Virus record (IMG/VR): IMGVR_UViG_3300037400_002261
Span: 1 to 64,000 of that record
DNA length: 64,000 bases
Strand: one strand, 5' to 3'
DNA from: a virus
Taxonomy: Duplodnaviria; Caudoviricetes
The notes under the pieces are model-generated. The model was not told the origin of the DNA and searched no databases. It worked only from the letters and a program-made list of their open reading frames with translations. The translations under genes were made by a program, and so were the position numbers. This document shows positions 50,311 to 62,228 of this stretch, in pieces. Position 1 is the first letter of the stretch. Each line of letters begins with the position of its first letter.

Positions 50311-50898
50311 ATGGCTACGACCACAAAAAGGAGAGTTGTCAAGACTGCACCAAAGGAAACTGTTGATGAGAAAGTTACTTTGAATGAAGAGCCTGTTGCC
50401 GAGAAAGTGGTTAAGAAAGAAGCAAAGAAAGAACCACGCCAGTTTAATCAGAACGATCTCATCCTTTGTCGTTCTGTAACTGCTGGTTGGCTTGGTTGCA
50501 GTGGTAAGTCTGGACAATATTATGTATTTGAAAACTTTGGAGATGAATGTGAAATCGAATATCAGGATTTGTTTGCGCTTAAAAGTAGGCATTCTAACTA
50601 CATCTATGCACCCCATTTTGTAATTGAGGATGAAGAGTTGCTTGAAAATCCTCGCTGGGCAGATGTAGCTAAGTTCTATGATGAAAAAGTATATACTATG
50701 GAAGATGTTGAAGAGGTACTTAATCTTCCAATTAATAACTTTGAAGCTGCTCTTAAAAAGCTTCCAAAGGGATTGGCTAAATCTCTTCAAGTGCGTGTTG
50801 CGCAAAAAATTGAAGATGGAACATTTGATTCTCTCAAAAAAATAAAAATCATCGATGATGTTTATGGAACTGATTTCAGAAGTATTATCGCTGATTAA
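50311..50898 (+). CDS. YonA-like virion-associated protein
   Basis: Follows capsid gene; FGD...IEY.DL, G..DS..KIK..D. Confidence 0.65.
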   Translation: MATTTKRRVVKTAPKETVDEKVTLNEEPVAEKVVKKEAKKEPRQFNQNDLILCRSVTAGWLGCSGKSGQYYVFENFGDECEIEYQDLFALKSRHSNYIYAPHFVIEDEELLENPRWADVAKFYDEKVYTMEDVEEVLNLPINNFEAALKKLPKGLAKSLQVRVAQKIEDGTFDSLKKIKIIDDVYGTDFRSIIAD

Positions 50899-50913
50899 GA
50901 GGAGGGTTGAATC

Positions 50914-51381
50914 ATGACCACCTCAGAATATGATGAAATCTACTCACGCTTTTATTTGCGTGTTAAAGATTATGAAATGTCTGGATTAAAGGAAAGTTTA
51001 GTAAAGGAAATATTAAACGGATATTTGCGGTCTGTTATTTCCAAACCTATGGTTAGAAGATTATTCACTTCTATCTCAATGGACGATGATATAGAAGAGA
51101 TTGATTATGAACTCCGTGATTAGTTAGACGAAGAATCGGATAAAGATTTTGTTGAAGAAGTTTTGGCGGTTGGAATGGTTGAGAGATGGGTTAATCCAAG
51201 ATATCAATCAACTTTATTAACTAGTCAACTTCTTACAAATTCTGAGCAAAAATTTTATAGTTAGGCTCCTCACTTAGCTGAGATGCGAGAAATGTATAAA
51301 AAGGCTCAAACCGACCTTCGCAAACTTATCCGTGATAGAGCTTATTCTTTAAGTATTATTAATGGAGTTGAAACAACGTGA
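50914..51381 (+). CDS. Head-tail adaptor-like protein (YomZ-like), 2 TAG=Gln
   Basis: T.Y.EIY..F, LA.GMV..W..P, KFYS*A.HL. Confidence 0.7.
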
Positions 51382-51710
51382 AAACAAAATATGGTTGTTA
51401 TTCTTCTAACTAGATTCGTTCTACTAAACTTAATATTCGCAAATCTATCTATTTTTTATTGCTCTATGTTGACCCAAAAACTAGAGATGAATATTCAGGC
51501 GTAAATGTTGCAGACGCTTTTTATAGTTTGCAAAAAAAACTTAATGGGTTAAATAGTATTTTACTTGAGCCGATTGAACTTGTTGAGACAATGAGTTTAT
51601 TAGAATCGGCATATATGGAATATAATAGTGATTGTTTTGATTTTTAGAAATATAGAAAATTAATATTAGATGCTGGGTCTAAGATTATGAAAATAAAGGA
51701 AGGTGATTAA
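51378..51710 (+). CDS. Structural-module protein, 2 TAG=Gln
   Basis: GTG overlaps the previous TGA; frame open in code 15. Confidence 0.7.
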
Positions 51711-51711
51711 T

Positions 51712-52902
51712 ATGATTACCTTTAAAAATTTTCAAAGTCTTCATGAGTCTTCTCTCCCAGGAAGGGCGAGAAAAATGCAGAGTGACTAGATAATGCTTAA
51801 TACTTGGAATCAAGATATCCAAGCATAGACTGCTTATATTTATGATTATTATCATGATTAGCAATCAGATGAAGCATTACAATTAAATAATCTTCATCCG
51901 TATGATGACCCGCAAAAAACCGCATTGTCGATTAAATTTATACGTCATGAAAGTTAGACATATAATAAAGATCAAATTACATTTTGGTTACAAATGTAGC
52001 CAAATCAAGAATGCAATCAGGATTATTATGATGAAGTTCTTGGTAATCGTTATGGGGCAACTTTCCCAATTGGAAATTATGTTGATATAATGCATGAGGA
52101 TGGTTCTTATAATAAATGGCTTATTGTTGATAAGGCAAATTATAATGGTAATCAATTTCCAACGTTTGAGATATTAAGATGTGATTATGTTATGTAGTGG
52201 ATTTTTAATGGATATAAATATTAGTGTCCAGCTGTTTTAAGAAGCCAGAATTCGTATAATTCTGGAATTTGGTTGGATTATAAAATTCAATCAGTAGAAG
52301 ATTAGCAAAAATTCGCTGTTCCGATGACTAGAGATACTGAGACATTATTCTATAATATCAGAATGATTATTGATGCAAAGGTAGAAACAGAACCTCGTGC
52401 ATGGCTTATATCAAAAATAAATCGAATATCTCCTAATGGAATATGTAGGGTAACACTTGCATAGGATACTTTTGATCAACACAATGATTATATTGAGAAA
52501 GATGAAGATGGGAATATTGTTGGAATGTGGGCAAATTATTTCAATCATAATATTGAGCCAATACCAGCAGTTTAGGATGATGATATAATAACATCTTCTA
52601 TTAATGCTAAGATTATATGTTCTGGTCGTTAGCAAATTAAAGTTGGTGGTTCAGCTAAAACATTCACTGTTACTTATTATGATTATAATAATGAAGAGTT
52701 ACCAGATTATACAATTGGTAATTGGTCATTTGAAATTGATGGTACTGTTGTGCCTGATGATTTATTAACATTAACATCATCAGAAAATAAGATTAAAGTT
52801 AAATTTTTAGGTGACGATTCATATATAGGTAAAATACTTACTGTAAAAAACACATCGGAGAATGCAGTCGCAGAACTCCAAATTGAAATCATCGCATTAT
52901 AA
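51712..52902 (+). CDS. Neck/head-closure-like protein, 396 aa, 11 TAG=Gln (absent from the ORF track)
   Basis: Uninterrupted code-15 frame between AAGGAAGGTGA RBS and the next RBS; IL.CDY...W, SYNSGIW.D, IKVGG segments. Confidence 0.8.
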
Positions 52903-52914
52903 GGAGGGATTTGT

Positions 52915-53481
52915 ATGGAACTTACGCAAGAACAATTACAAGAACTCCGACAGTACAAAGCTGTAATGGATGATGATAACATTAGGTTTAAAGAGATAAT
53001 AAAGAGGAATTTAATAGAAGACCCTCTTATAATTTATCTTTTAAATAATAAAGAGTTGGAAGAATAGGATGCCGATCCAAGTGATTATCTTGGAGTAAAT
53101 ATTCTTCCATAGTTTTTAATTCATCCTACTCAACACAATGTACAAAATTTTATTTGTTATGAAGTATCATTTAAAGAAACACCAAGATATAATGATGTTT
53201 TAAAATATATTAACGTTATTTTTTATATTCTTTGTGAAGAAAAAAATAATATTGAAAAGCAAACTGGTATTGCACGACATGATTTAATTGCTGCAAGAAT
53301 TAAGCATATATTTAATTGGACAAATCTTTTTGGTACACAATGCCATATTGTTTCTAATATTCCATCTGTAACGGATAATGATTATTCCACTCGTACTCTT
53401 ACATTTGAATTAACAATGCCATTAGATGTTGTTAAAACAAAAGATGGTTCTTCTATGGTTATTAATAAATTAGGTGGTTGA
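52915..53481 (+). CDS. Tail terminator/completion-like protein, 2 TAG=Gln
   Basis: AAGGAGG RBS; NI.P....P.T....NFICYE, RHDLIA..I...FNW. Confidence 0.7.
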
Positions 53482-53490
53482 GTTAGCGAA

Positions 53491-54264
53491 GTGCAGTTTG
53501 ACCGTTTAAAGATGTATTTTGGAGAACCATTTGATGTTGGTAATGGCATGAAAATATTAACTCCAACTGTTGGTGATATTCTAGAACTCCCAAATTCTGA
53601 TATAACTTTTTATCAGACACTTTATATATGGGTTGCAAACCCAACTACATATAGATTAATGCTTTGGGAAAATGGAATAGACTGGAATAAAATATCTAAT
53701 TATGAGTTGTTTTTGATGATATATAAATCCGAGAATCCAGTAGTTAGTAAAATGATTTTTGGAGATGTTGATTTTCAAGGATTTTAGTTATACACAAAAA
53801 CAATTCCAGATAAAGATGAAGATGGAAATGATATAGAAAAAACTGAAGTGACATTATATAATCCAGAAATTGATATTGAGATATCAAAAGATCATTATAA
53901 TTTAATTTCAGAATATTTGAAGGCAGCATTCAATATATATCCAAAAGTAGAATTGGTAAGAGGTAAATCTGCTAAAGAATGGATAATTGACGAAGAAAGA
54001 CAAGCATTAAACAATAAGAAAGATGATGAAAATCATTCTACTCTTCTTCCTCTTGTTTCTAGCTGTATAAATCATCCTGGATTTAAATATAATCTTTAGG
54101 AACTAAAAAATGTCAATTTTGTTTAGTTTATGGATAGTGTTCAAAGATTGCAAATATATGAAAATAGTACTGCTTTATTAAAAGGATCTATGAGTGGATT
54201 CGTTGATACTTCCAAGATAGATAAGGATGAATTTAATTTTATGAGAGAAATATCTCATAAATGA
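53491..54264 (+). CDS. Tail-module protein (YomV-like), 3 TAG=Gln
   Basis: I..PT.GDI; NHPGFKY...EL......*FMDSVQRLQ. Confidence 0.7.
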
Positions 54265-54328
54265 AACTGTATTTAAGCCCATAATTGGCTTTTATATTAA
54301 AAAAATATTATGAAAGGAGAAAAATATT

Positions 54329-55105
54329 ATGGCATTTAAGTTAGATGATATTATTATTGATCGTATTTAGATGGCAATTGCTACTGATACTAATGATACT
54401 GAAATGTACTATGTTCTGACACAGCTTTCTGAGGCTAATATTGAGATTACTGCGGAGTCTAAAGAAGCTCGTGACAAAGACGGGACACTGATTAAAAAGT
54501 TCTGGACGGGTAAGAGTGGTACGTTTACGGCTACTAATGCAATGATTAATCTGAATGTTATTGGTGAAGCTTCTGGTTCTAAGAAACAGGCTCTTGCTGC
54601 TTCAGATCTTTTCCCAGCAATTAAGACTGGTAAGCCTGGTGAAGTTGTTGCAACTCCTTATCTGAGCGAAGGTACTCTTAAGGTTCACGTAATTGGTAAT
54701 AATGGTACTATGGGTGATAATGTTACCTCTAAAGCTACTGCTACTGGTTATGGCACAGAAGGTGCAACTGTAACACTTCCGCAGGATATTGAAGGTGCAA
54801 CGAAGTTCGTTATGGAATATCAGAGAACTAATCCTAGCGCAGTTGTTATTAGAAATCAGGCCGACAAATTCCCTGGAACTGTTCGTCTTGTTATGAAGGT
54901 TCTGGCTATTGAGCCTTGCTCTCCTGATAAACTTCGTGCTGGTTATCTTGTTCTTCCGTCCTTCCAGGTTAGTCCTGAAGTAAATGTTTCTCTGACTACT
55001 GATGCTACCCTTGATTATACTGGTGACCTTCAGGTTAATTATTGTGGTACTGAAAAGACTCTGTATGAGTTCTATTGGGCAGAGGATGATATTGAGGAAG
55101 AGTAA
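54329..55105 (+). CDS. Major tail tube protein, 1 TAG=Gln at 54368
   Basis: AAAGGAG RBS; MAFKLDDIIIDRI*; ADKFP; followed by a terminator. Confidence 0.75.
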
Positions 55106-55132
55106 TTATTAAAATTATTCTAAATAAATATT

Positions 55133-55163
55133 GGTTGCCAGAGTAAAATCTGGCAACCTTTTT
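55133..55163 (+). terminator. Intrinsic terminator
   Basis: GGTTGCCAGA/TCTGGCAACC plus TTTTT. Confidence 0.75.
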
Positions 55164-55266
55164 ACTGTAACCAAATAACAATAGTTTCGTTTTATGAATT
55201 TGAAAATAATTGGATAATAGTCCGTTTATATAAATTAACTATATTCTAAAAAAGGAGGAAATATTT

Positions 55267-55686
55267 ATGAAGTATATTCCACACGAAAGAAAATGTTTAA
55301 TATGTAGGGCATCTTATAGTTATTGCCCTCATTGTGCAGAATACTCAGACCAACCTTCGTGGAGAGCAGGTTTTGATACTGAATCATGTAGATCTATTTA
55401 TGATGTAATTAATAAATTTAGACTTCATATTTTGGATGCCAAGGATGCAAAAGCAATATTGGATACATGTGATCTTTCTGGTATAAATAATTTTGACCCA
55501 GTATATAAATCTGATATTGAAAATATTTTAAGTCAGGCTATTGTAACAGCAGATGTCATTGATGATGCGAAAGATGCAGAGATAGTCGAACCAGTAGAAG
55601 TAGAGGAAAAAGTTGTTAATGAAAAATCTTCTACTATTGAGCAAGCTGAAAGATTAATAGCTAATAAAAATAGAAAGAAAAAATAA
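55267..55686 (+). CDS. Zn-ribbon protein
   Basis: CLIC...YSYCPHC......W...F....C. Confidence 0.75.
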   Translation: MKYIPHERKCLICRASYSYCPHCAEYSDQPSWRAGFDTESCRSIYDVINKFRLHILDAKDAKAILDTCDLSGINNFDPVYKSDIENILSQAIVTADVIDDAKDAEIVEPVEVEEKVVNEKSSTIEQAERLIANKNRKKK

Positions 55687-55740
55687 TATTATGAATGTGA
55701 TTAAAAAATACTATGCCGTAAATAGTTCGGCATTTTTATA

Positions 55741-55781
55741 AGGGGTTCAGACCACATTCACAGGTTTGAACCCCTTTTTTT
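55741..55781 (+). terminator. Intrinsic terminator
   Basis: AGGGGTTCAGACC/GGTTTGAACCCCT plus T run. Confidence 0.75.
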
Positions 55782-55893
55782 ACCATTTTTTAATATTTCT
55801 ATAAGTCTGTAACTATTTATTCAATTTCAACGGGCTTATTAAAAGTAATGATATTTTTATATTATTAAATATATAAAAGAAGGAGAATAACAT

Positions 55894-56118
55894 ATGAGAG
55901 ATTTTTATAAAACAACTAGAAGCTGCATAGATAAATATAATGAAATATGTGATAAGGTAACAAATGGTTCTTAGGAGATATCAAATGATGAAGATGAATA
56001 TCTTACAAATTTTTGCCTATATCTTGCTCATGCATTAATTAAAGATACTGGTGAGGGACAATTAGCTCGTGAAGAACTTGAAAAAGTTGCGGATATTATA
56101 AATGATGTAATAAGATGA
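55894..56118 (+). CDS. Hypothetical protein, 1 TAG=Gln
   Basis: AAGGAG RBS; open in code 15. Confidence 0.65.
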
Positions 56119-56129
56119 GGGAAAGTAAT

Positions 56130-56408
56130 ATGGATAGAGTAGATTTGATACATTCGGATATTACTGGAAAAGATTATTACCCTAAAGATGTAGTAAGGTT
56201 AATTAATATTCGATAGATATGTAGTTATTTGCAGATGAATAAAAAGCCTGTTGATATATATGCTTCTATTGATTTCAAATCAAGTGATCCAGTTCTTGTG
56301 GTTTTATTTGATAGGGAAGATACTAAAGATGTATATAAGAGATGGTGTGAAAGCGAAAATTTATGGAAGGAAATACAAGATGAAAAAATCAATAGAGAAA
56401 ATAAATAA
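56130..56408 (+). CDS. Small phage protein, 1 TAG=Gln
   Basis: S.ITGK.Y.....VR.IN.R*...YL....P.DIY. Confidence 0.7.
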
Positions 56409-56634
56409 ATTATATGTGATATGTTCTATAGATTTATCTGGTAAGACAGTATATCTTAATTCACTTCATAACCATAAATGGGAAATAACTCCAGATATTG
56501 AAAGAGCAAGTAAAACACTTTCAAGAAAAGTTGCAAATATGGTTCTTGAAGGATATTATCAAGATATGGGAAATGAAAGTGAATTTGTGATTATACCAAT
56601 GGAAGTAGAATATAGATTAATAGATGAAAGTTAA
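56380..56634 (+). CDS. Hypothetical protein
   Basis: Start MKKSIE after GGAAGGA. Confidence 0.6.
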   Translation: MKKSIEKINKLYVICSIDLSGKTVYLNSLHNHKWEITPDIERASKTLSRKVANMVLEGYYQDMGNESEFVIIPMEVEYRLIDES

Positions 56635-56659
56635 TTAATTATAGAAAGGAAGTGATTAG

Positions 56660-57664
56660 ATGGCTCGTAGCCGAGGAGTTTACAACAGAATTTATAGTGA
56701 CGAAAAATGGTTATAGGTTAATCCTGAAAATAAAGCCATAATGGATGACTTCCTCACAGAGTTGCGACAATAGAAAAAAAGTCCAAATACTATTGAAGCA
56801 TATAGACATGATTTAAAATTAATATTTATAAAAATTCTTGAAGACTTTAATAATAAGTCAGTTTTAGAAATGACAAAGAAAGATTTTCGCCGTTTAAATA
56901 TTTGGTTTGATGATTCTGGAATGTCTCCAGCGAGATGTAATAGGCTTCACTCTTCTATCAATTCAATGTTAACATTTTGCGAAGAAGATGATGATTATGA
57001 TTATGAAGTTAATTATAGTAAGAAAGTGCGTGGAGTTCCTAACGAAAAAGTAAAAACAAATGATGATGATTTCTTCTTTACATTTGATGAATTTATTAAA
57101 ACAAGGAATATTCTTGTAGAACAAGGTAGATTGTAGGATGCTGTGTTATGGTCTTTAATGTATGATTCTGGTGCGAGACGTAATGAAGTATATCAAGTAA
57201 AGAAACAAGGTCTTCTTGATGGTAACAAAACAAATATTGTTAGAGGTAAACGTGGAAAACAATTTCCACTTATTTATTTAAATGATACGAAAGAACTTAT
57301 TCGCCAATATCTTGAATGGCGTGGTGATGATGGAATTGATTCATTATGGATTAAAGGACATGGAGAAACTGCTTCTGAGATTGATTGTTCTACATTATAT
57401 GATCGTATTGTAAGTATTAGTAAAATACTTTCTGAGGTTCGTGGTGAAGAAGTTAATATTTTTCCGCATAGTTGCCGCCATAGTAGATTGCAAGCATTAA
57501 AAAAGGGATGGGATGACCGTCTTAAGGATGATGGAGGGAAAAATAAAGTATTTGAATTAGATCAAATATAGGCATTTGCACATCATTCAGATTTAACAAC
57601 TACTTCTGGGTATCTTAAAGATGAAACTGAAGACAAAATAAATGAAATGTTTGGAATTTCATAA
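56660..57664 (+). CDS. Tyrosine recombinase/integrase, 334 aa, 4 TAG=Gln
   Basis: GARRNE (R), GKRGK (K), PHSCRH (HxxR), HHS..TT..Y (Tyr nucleophile). Confidence 0.88.
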
Positions 57665-57678
57665 AAGGAAGGTGACAT

Positions 57679-58650
57679 ATGAAACGTGGAATAAAATTGA
57701 TGATTGTATTAATGTTATTGATGTTGATATCTCCTGTTTGTGAAGCAAAAATTGTAATTAACAAGCAACCTAAATCTTAGTATTCTCGTATTTCTGGAGA
57801 AGTAACTTTTACTGTTGAAGCAACTGGTAAAAATTTAAAGTATCAATGGTATGTTAGTAAAGATAAAAAGAAGACTTGGAATAAGATTAAATATCAAACA
57901 TCTAGATCTATCATTATTAGATGTAAAAAATCAAATAGAGGATATTATTATCGTTGTCGTATGGTGGACACATCTGGTAGATATAAAACAACTAAACCAG
58001 TGCGAGTATATGTTACAGATATTGGTAAGAAATATTCATACTTAATTGATAAGAAAAGAGCTAAAAACCTTTTCTATCCGAAAGCTGCTGATGGTTATTG
58101 TTATGTGTATTGTCATGATAGAACCTATGAGCAGCAAGTGATTGATGCTATAAATATCATTAATAAAAAAATTGGAACTACTTTTATATATACAAAAACG
58201 GGATGTATAGCAGATATTATCATATTCAACTTTTATGATTATTATGTGGAAGATAATATTTGGTTTAGAGAATTAGAGAGATATTATATTTACATGGAAG
58301 GTTATGATTTAGCTGGAATTACTTTTAATGATGAAGGGATTCATTATCTTGTTGGATTAAACAGCAGTTATTTTGACTATATTATGGATGATGCAATTCG
58401 TGGAGTAATTATACACGAACTAGGACATTGTATTGGAGTTGCACATTCAAATAATAGAAATGATATTATGTATTATATAAGTAAATTTAATGATAAGATG
58501 TCAAAAAATGATATTAAAATGTTTAAAAAACAAAGAACAAAAATTAAGAATATTGGTTCTGTTAATGTTGTTTCTAAAAAATCTGGTATAACAGATAGTA
58601 TTAGAAAAAGATGTTTGGATAATTATTAGAACTAGATTCGAGGTAGATAA
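57679..58650 (+). CDS. Secreted Ig-domain plus matrixin-type (M10-like) Zn metalloprotease, 3 TAG=Gln
   Basis: Signal peptide; I.KQP.S*...VTFTVEATG..L.YQW...YYYRC Ig domain; HELGHCIGVAH and IM Met-turn. Confidence 0.8.
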
Positions 58651-58653
58651 TAT

Positions 58654-59091
58654 ATGGAATATAAATTTATATTGGATTAGGATTTGGTTGATGAATATAA
58701 CAAAATATATTTTAAACAAAATCCTAGAGCCAAAAAACCGTTTTTAACTAAACCTCGTCATCCAACACTTAATGAATGGACAATAATGAAAAGACCATAT
58801 GCTAATGCTCTAAAATAGAAATGGAAAACATTCGGAGTATGGTGGTGTAAAAAATTAGGATATGATGGTTTGATGTTGGAAAAAGTAAAAGTAGATATTA
58901 CTGTATATCAACCACATCACAGGCGTGGAGATATTGATAATTTTTGCACTCAGAAATTTCTTTGGGATGCGTTTACTGAAGCCAGATTTTGGGTAGATGA
59001 TGATTACACTCATGTTACTGAGATTACATCTAGAATGGGTTATGATAAAGATAATCCACGAACTGAAATAATTATTAAAACAGTTGATTAA
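58654..59091 (+). CDS. rusA: RusA-like Holliday junction resolvase, 2 TAG=Gln
   Basis: RRGDIDN...KF..DA......DDD...V....YDK.NPRTEI. Confidence 0.8.
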
Positions 59092-59119
59092 TCTAAATAC
59101 TTCTTTGGAGGTGATTCTA

Positions 59120-59500
59120 TTGGGATATGTATATTATAATCCAAATCCAGCTGGAAAAATGGTTGGAGATTGTGTTATAAGAGCTATTTCAAAAGTAGAA
59201 AACAAATCGTGGGAAGATGTCTTTGTTGAATTAATGACTACTGCATATAGTTTGTCGGACATGCCGTCTTCAAATTATGTAGTAGATTAGTATTTAAAAT
59301 CAAAAGGATTTGTTCATCGTAATCTTCCGAATACTTGTCCTGATTGTTATACGGTTAGAGATTTTGTTAATGAACATTAGGATAAACCGTATATAGTTGC
59401 CACTGGATCTCATATGATTGGTGTAAATAAAAATATATATGATTCGTGGGATTCAAGTGATGAGATTGTAACTTATTATTATGAAAAGGAGGAATCTTAA
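59120..59500 (+). CDS. Module gene 1: small papain-like Cys peptidase candidate, 2 TAG=Gln
   Basis: NPNP....GDCVIRAI (Cys), GSH (His), YDSWDS (Asp); GGAGGTGA RBS with TTG start. Confidence 0.65.
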
Positions 59501-59501
59501 A

Positions 59502-60074
59502 ATGGATAATTTTTATGGATATCCAATTGGCTATCAACCAGTAAATCAAAATATTACATACCCAAATGTGCCTACAACTTATCGTGGTTGGCAAAATAGT
59601 ACTACTGCTCTTCCATCTTATACTCCTAATACTCAGAATGTAAGTGGAAATATTATTTGGATTTAGGGCGGGTTGGCTGGAGCAAAAGCATATTCTAATC
59701 TTCAACCTGGAATTCCAGTTGCTCTTTGGGATTCTGATGAGAAGGTTATTTATATAAAATCTCTTGACCAAACTGGGAAACCAAGTATCACTATTATTGA
59801 TTATACTGAGAGAGATTCTGACGAACAAGATAATAAGCAATCATCGGTTGAATATGCAACTAAAGATTAGATTAATGAATTAACAAAGTAGTTTAAGTCT
59901 TTTGGTGAAAAGTTGAACTCATTAAATAAGTATGTTACAAAAGATTAGTTTGATACTCTTAATGGACATCTTGATGACCTTAGTGGTCAAATTGAAGATA
60001 TTGAAGATAGGATTACAAGTTTTGGCAAACCATAGCAAAACTCAAATTCTAATAATAGACGAGGTGGTAAATAA
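59502..60074 (+). CDS. Module gene 2: Tyr/Pro/Gln-rich N-terminus, globular core, coiled coil; 5 TAG=Gln
   Basis: IIWI*G...AKAY...PG..V.LWDS....IYIKS.D..G.P. Confidence 0.75.
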
Positions 60075-60367
60075 TGCCTAATAATTTGTTTAATAGATTT
60101 GGTAATATGAATTCAAATCAAAATTATGCAAATACTGGTAATAACATTATATCTCAATTAGCACAGTTACGGAGAAATCCTAGTGCTATTTTAGATATAT
60201 TATTTTAGAATGGTAAAATAAATCAGTAGCAATACTCTGATTTACAACAATATAGAAATAATCCTGAAATGATTGGTAGATATTTGATTAATAATGGTAA
60301 AGCCAGTGAAATTAGTCAAGCACAACAAGTTGCTAATCAGATTGGAAATAATAGTAACTTTAGATAA
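60074..60367 (+). CDS. Module gene 3: Asn/Gln-rich small protein, 2 TAG=Gln
   Basis: ATG overlaps the previous TAA; two NP...L..NGK repeats. Confidence 0.7.
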
Positions 60368-60482
60368 TAATTAAAATGCGAACATAATATATTTAATTCT
60401 CCGTATCTGAGAAAAAGGAATAAATGGATAATAACATTATATAACTTTAAATTATTTTTATTCCAATAAGGAGGATATTATT

Positions 60483-61253
60483 ATGATGAATTCAGAAGGT
60501 TTTAGTGCAGCTGATCTTGCGGCGGTAGTTGGAAATAATAATGATGGTTTTGGTAATGGTGGAAATGGAGCCTGGTGGTTACTTATTCTTCTCCTCTTCG
60601 CAAATAATGGATGAGGAAATGGATGGGGTGGAAATAACGGTTCTGCTATGATGGGATATGCTACATAGCAAGATGTTTAGAACGGTTTTGATCAGGCAGC
60701 AGTTATGAGTGGCATTAATGGTATTAATAATGTCCTGAGCAATGGATTTGCAAATGCAGAAATATCTCGTGCCAATACTCTTGCAAGTATTACCAGTATG
60801 ATGAATACCATTGCTATGAATCAGCAACAGGCTTCTTGTAATAATCAATTACAGGTTGCCAATCTTGGAGCGCAGATTGCTTCGGAAGCATGTGCTGACC
60901 GCCAGTCTGTAAATGATGGTGTTCGTGATATTATGGCTGCTAACACTGCTAATACTCAAGCTCTTCTTAATACTATTAATGGTGGAATTCAGTCTATTCA
61001 AGATAAATTATGCCAGCAAGAAATCAATGCACTTAAAACTCAGAATGAAAATCTTCAGACTCAACTCAATCTTGCAAATCTTCGTGGTTCTCAGGATGCT
61101 CAGACAGCGGCTATCTTAGCTAGTAATGAAGCGCAGACGGCTGCCATTGAAAGGTATCTTGCCCCGAATCCAGTTCCCGCATATATCGTACCTCAGCCAT
61201 TTGGGTGTAATTGCAACAATAATTATGGTTGCGGTTGTGGAATGAATGGTTGA
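60483..61253 (+). CDS. Module gene 4: Gly/Asn-rich membrane-anchored coiled-coil protein with Cys-rich tail; 2 TAG=Gln and one in-frame TGA at 60612
   Basis: AAGGAGG RBS; SAADLAAV..GFG..AWWLLILLLF; P.PAY.V..P.GCNC...GCGCG. Confidence 0.75.
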
Positions 61254-61268
61254 TTGGAGGTGGTGTAT

Positions 61269-61742
61269 ATGGCTGAATACTCAGCAAACACTGTACAGAC
61301 AGTAAATCCAGGTGAAACTATAATTTTCACCGAATCTCCTGTTCCATGTACTCGTGGTTTTGTTCGTCATCGTGATGATACTGGAAATTTTCTTTTGAGC
61401 GGTTATGTACCGAATAGTTTTAATAGAGGATGTTGCTGTAATAGAAAAAATAGTGCTACTTATTTAGTTGATTTTGGAGCAAATATAGCTATTCCTACTG
61501 GTGGTACTCCAGAAGCAATATCTGTTGCTATAACTATTGATGGCTCTACTATACCAGCCTCTACAATGATTGTGACTCCAGCTGCTGTTGAATAGTTTTT
61601 CAATGTATCTTGTGCAATTAATGCATAGATTTGGCGTGGATGCTGTGAGACAATCGCTATAAGAAATACGAGTGATTAGCCAATATTAGTCCAGAATGCG
61701 AATGTGATTTTTTCGCGTCCTGACTTAAATGTTACACGGTAA
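61269..61742 (+). CDS. Module gene 5: beta-rich protein (BclA-CTD/C1q-like candidate), 3 TAG=Gln
   Basis: QTV.PG..I.F; Y.V.FGANIA.P; I.I.NTS..PI.VQNAN; CCC and CC motifs. Confidence 0.7.
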
Positions 61743-61750
61743 GGAGGGAA

Positions 61751-62179
61751 ATGGTAATGCAAGAGTTTGATAATATTAAAGATATGGTTTATTGTGAACT
61801 TGATGAAATTTCTCGCCAAGGTAAAATGGATATGAACACTGTTAAAGTGCTCGGCGAGTTGACAGATATACTTAAAGATATCGGCAGTATAGAAATGTTC
61901 GAAGAAGGTATTAATATTCAGGAAGATGATTTTATGTAGACTAATGGATATAGTCGTAATGGCGGTTATTCATAGAGAAGAATGCCAGTTTATTATGATG
62001 GTAACAGTTATAACTCTCGTGGTATGAGTAATGGTGGCTATTCTCGCAGAAGTCGTGGTTATAGTTACGATGATAGTAAATCTCATATGATCGAAAAGTT
62101 AAATCATCTTATGATGGAAGCTTCTGATCAATAGGATAAAGATGCTATTCAGCGTCTTATTGATTAGATGTAGAGATAA
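61751..62179 (+). CDS. Module gene 6: helical protein with a central Tyr/Ser/Arg/Gly low-complexity tract, 5 TAG=Gln
   Basis: ELDEI...L..LTD.LKDI; repeated GYSR units; AAGGAGG RBS. Confidence 0.75.
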
Positions 62180-62228
62180 TAGATATTGAGATGAATTAAA
62201 TATATGGTTCGTATTTTGATTAATATAA

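Noticed and set aside
60483-61253. Genome-wide TGA=Trp (code 4) recoding
   Set aside because: Only one internal TGA was seen; TGA ends many genes next to the following RBS and no TCA-anticodon tRNA is present.
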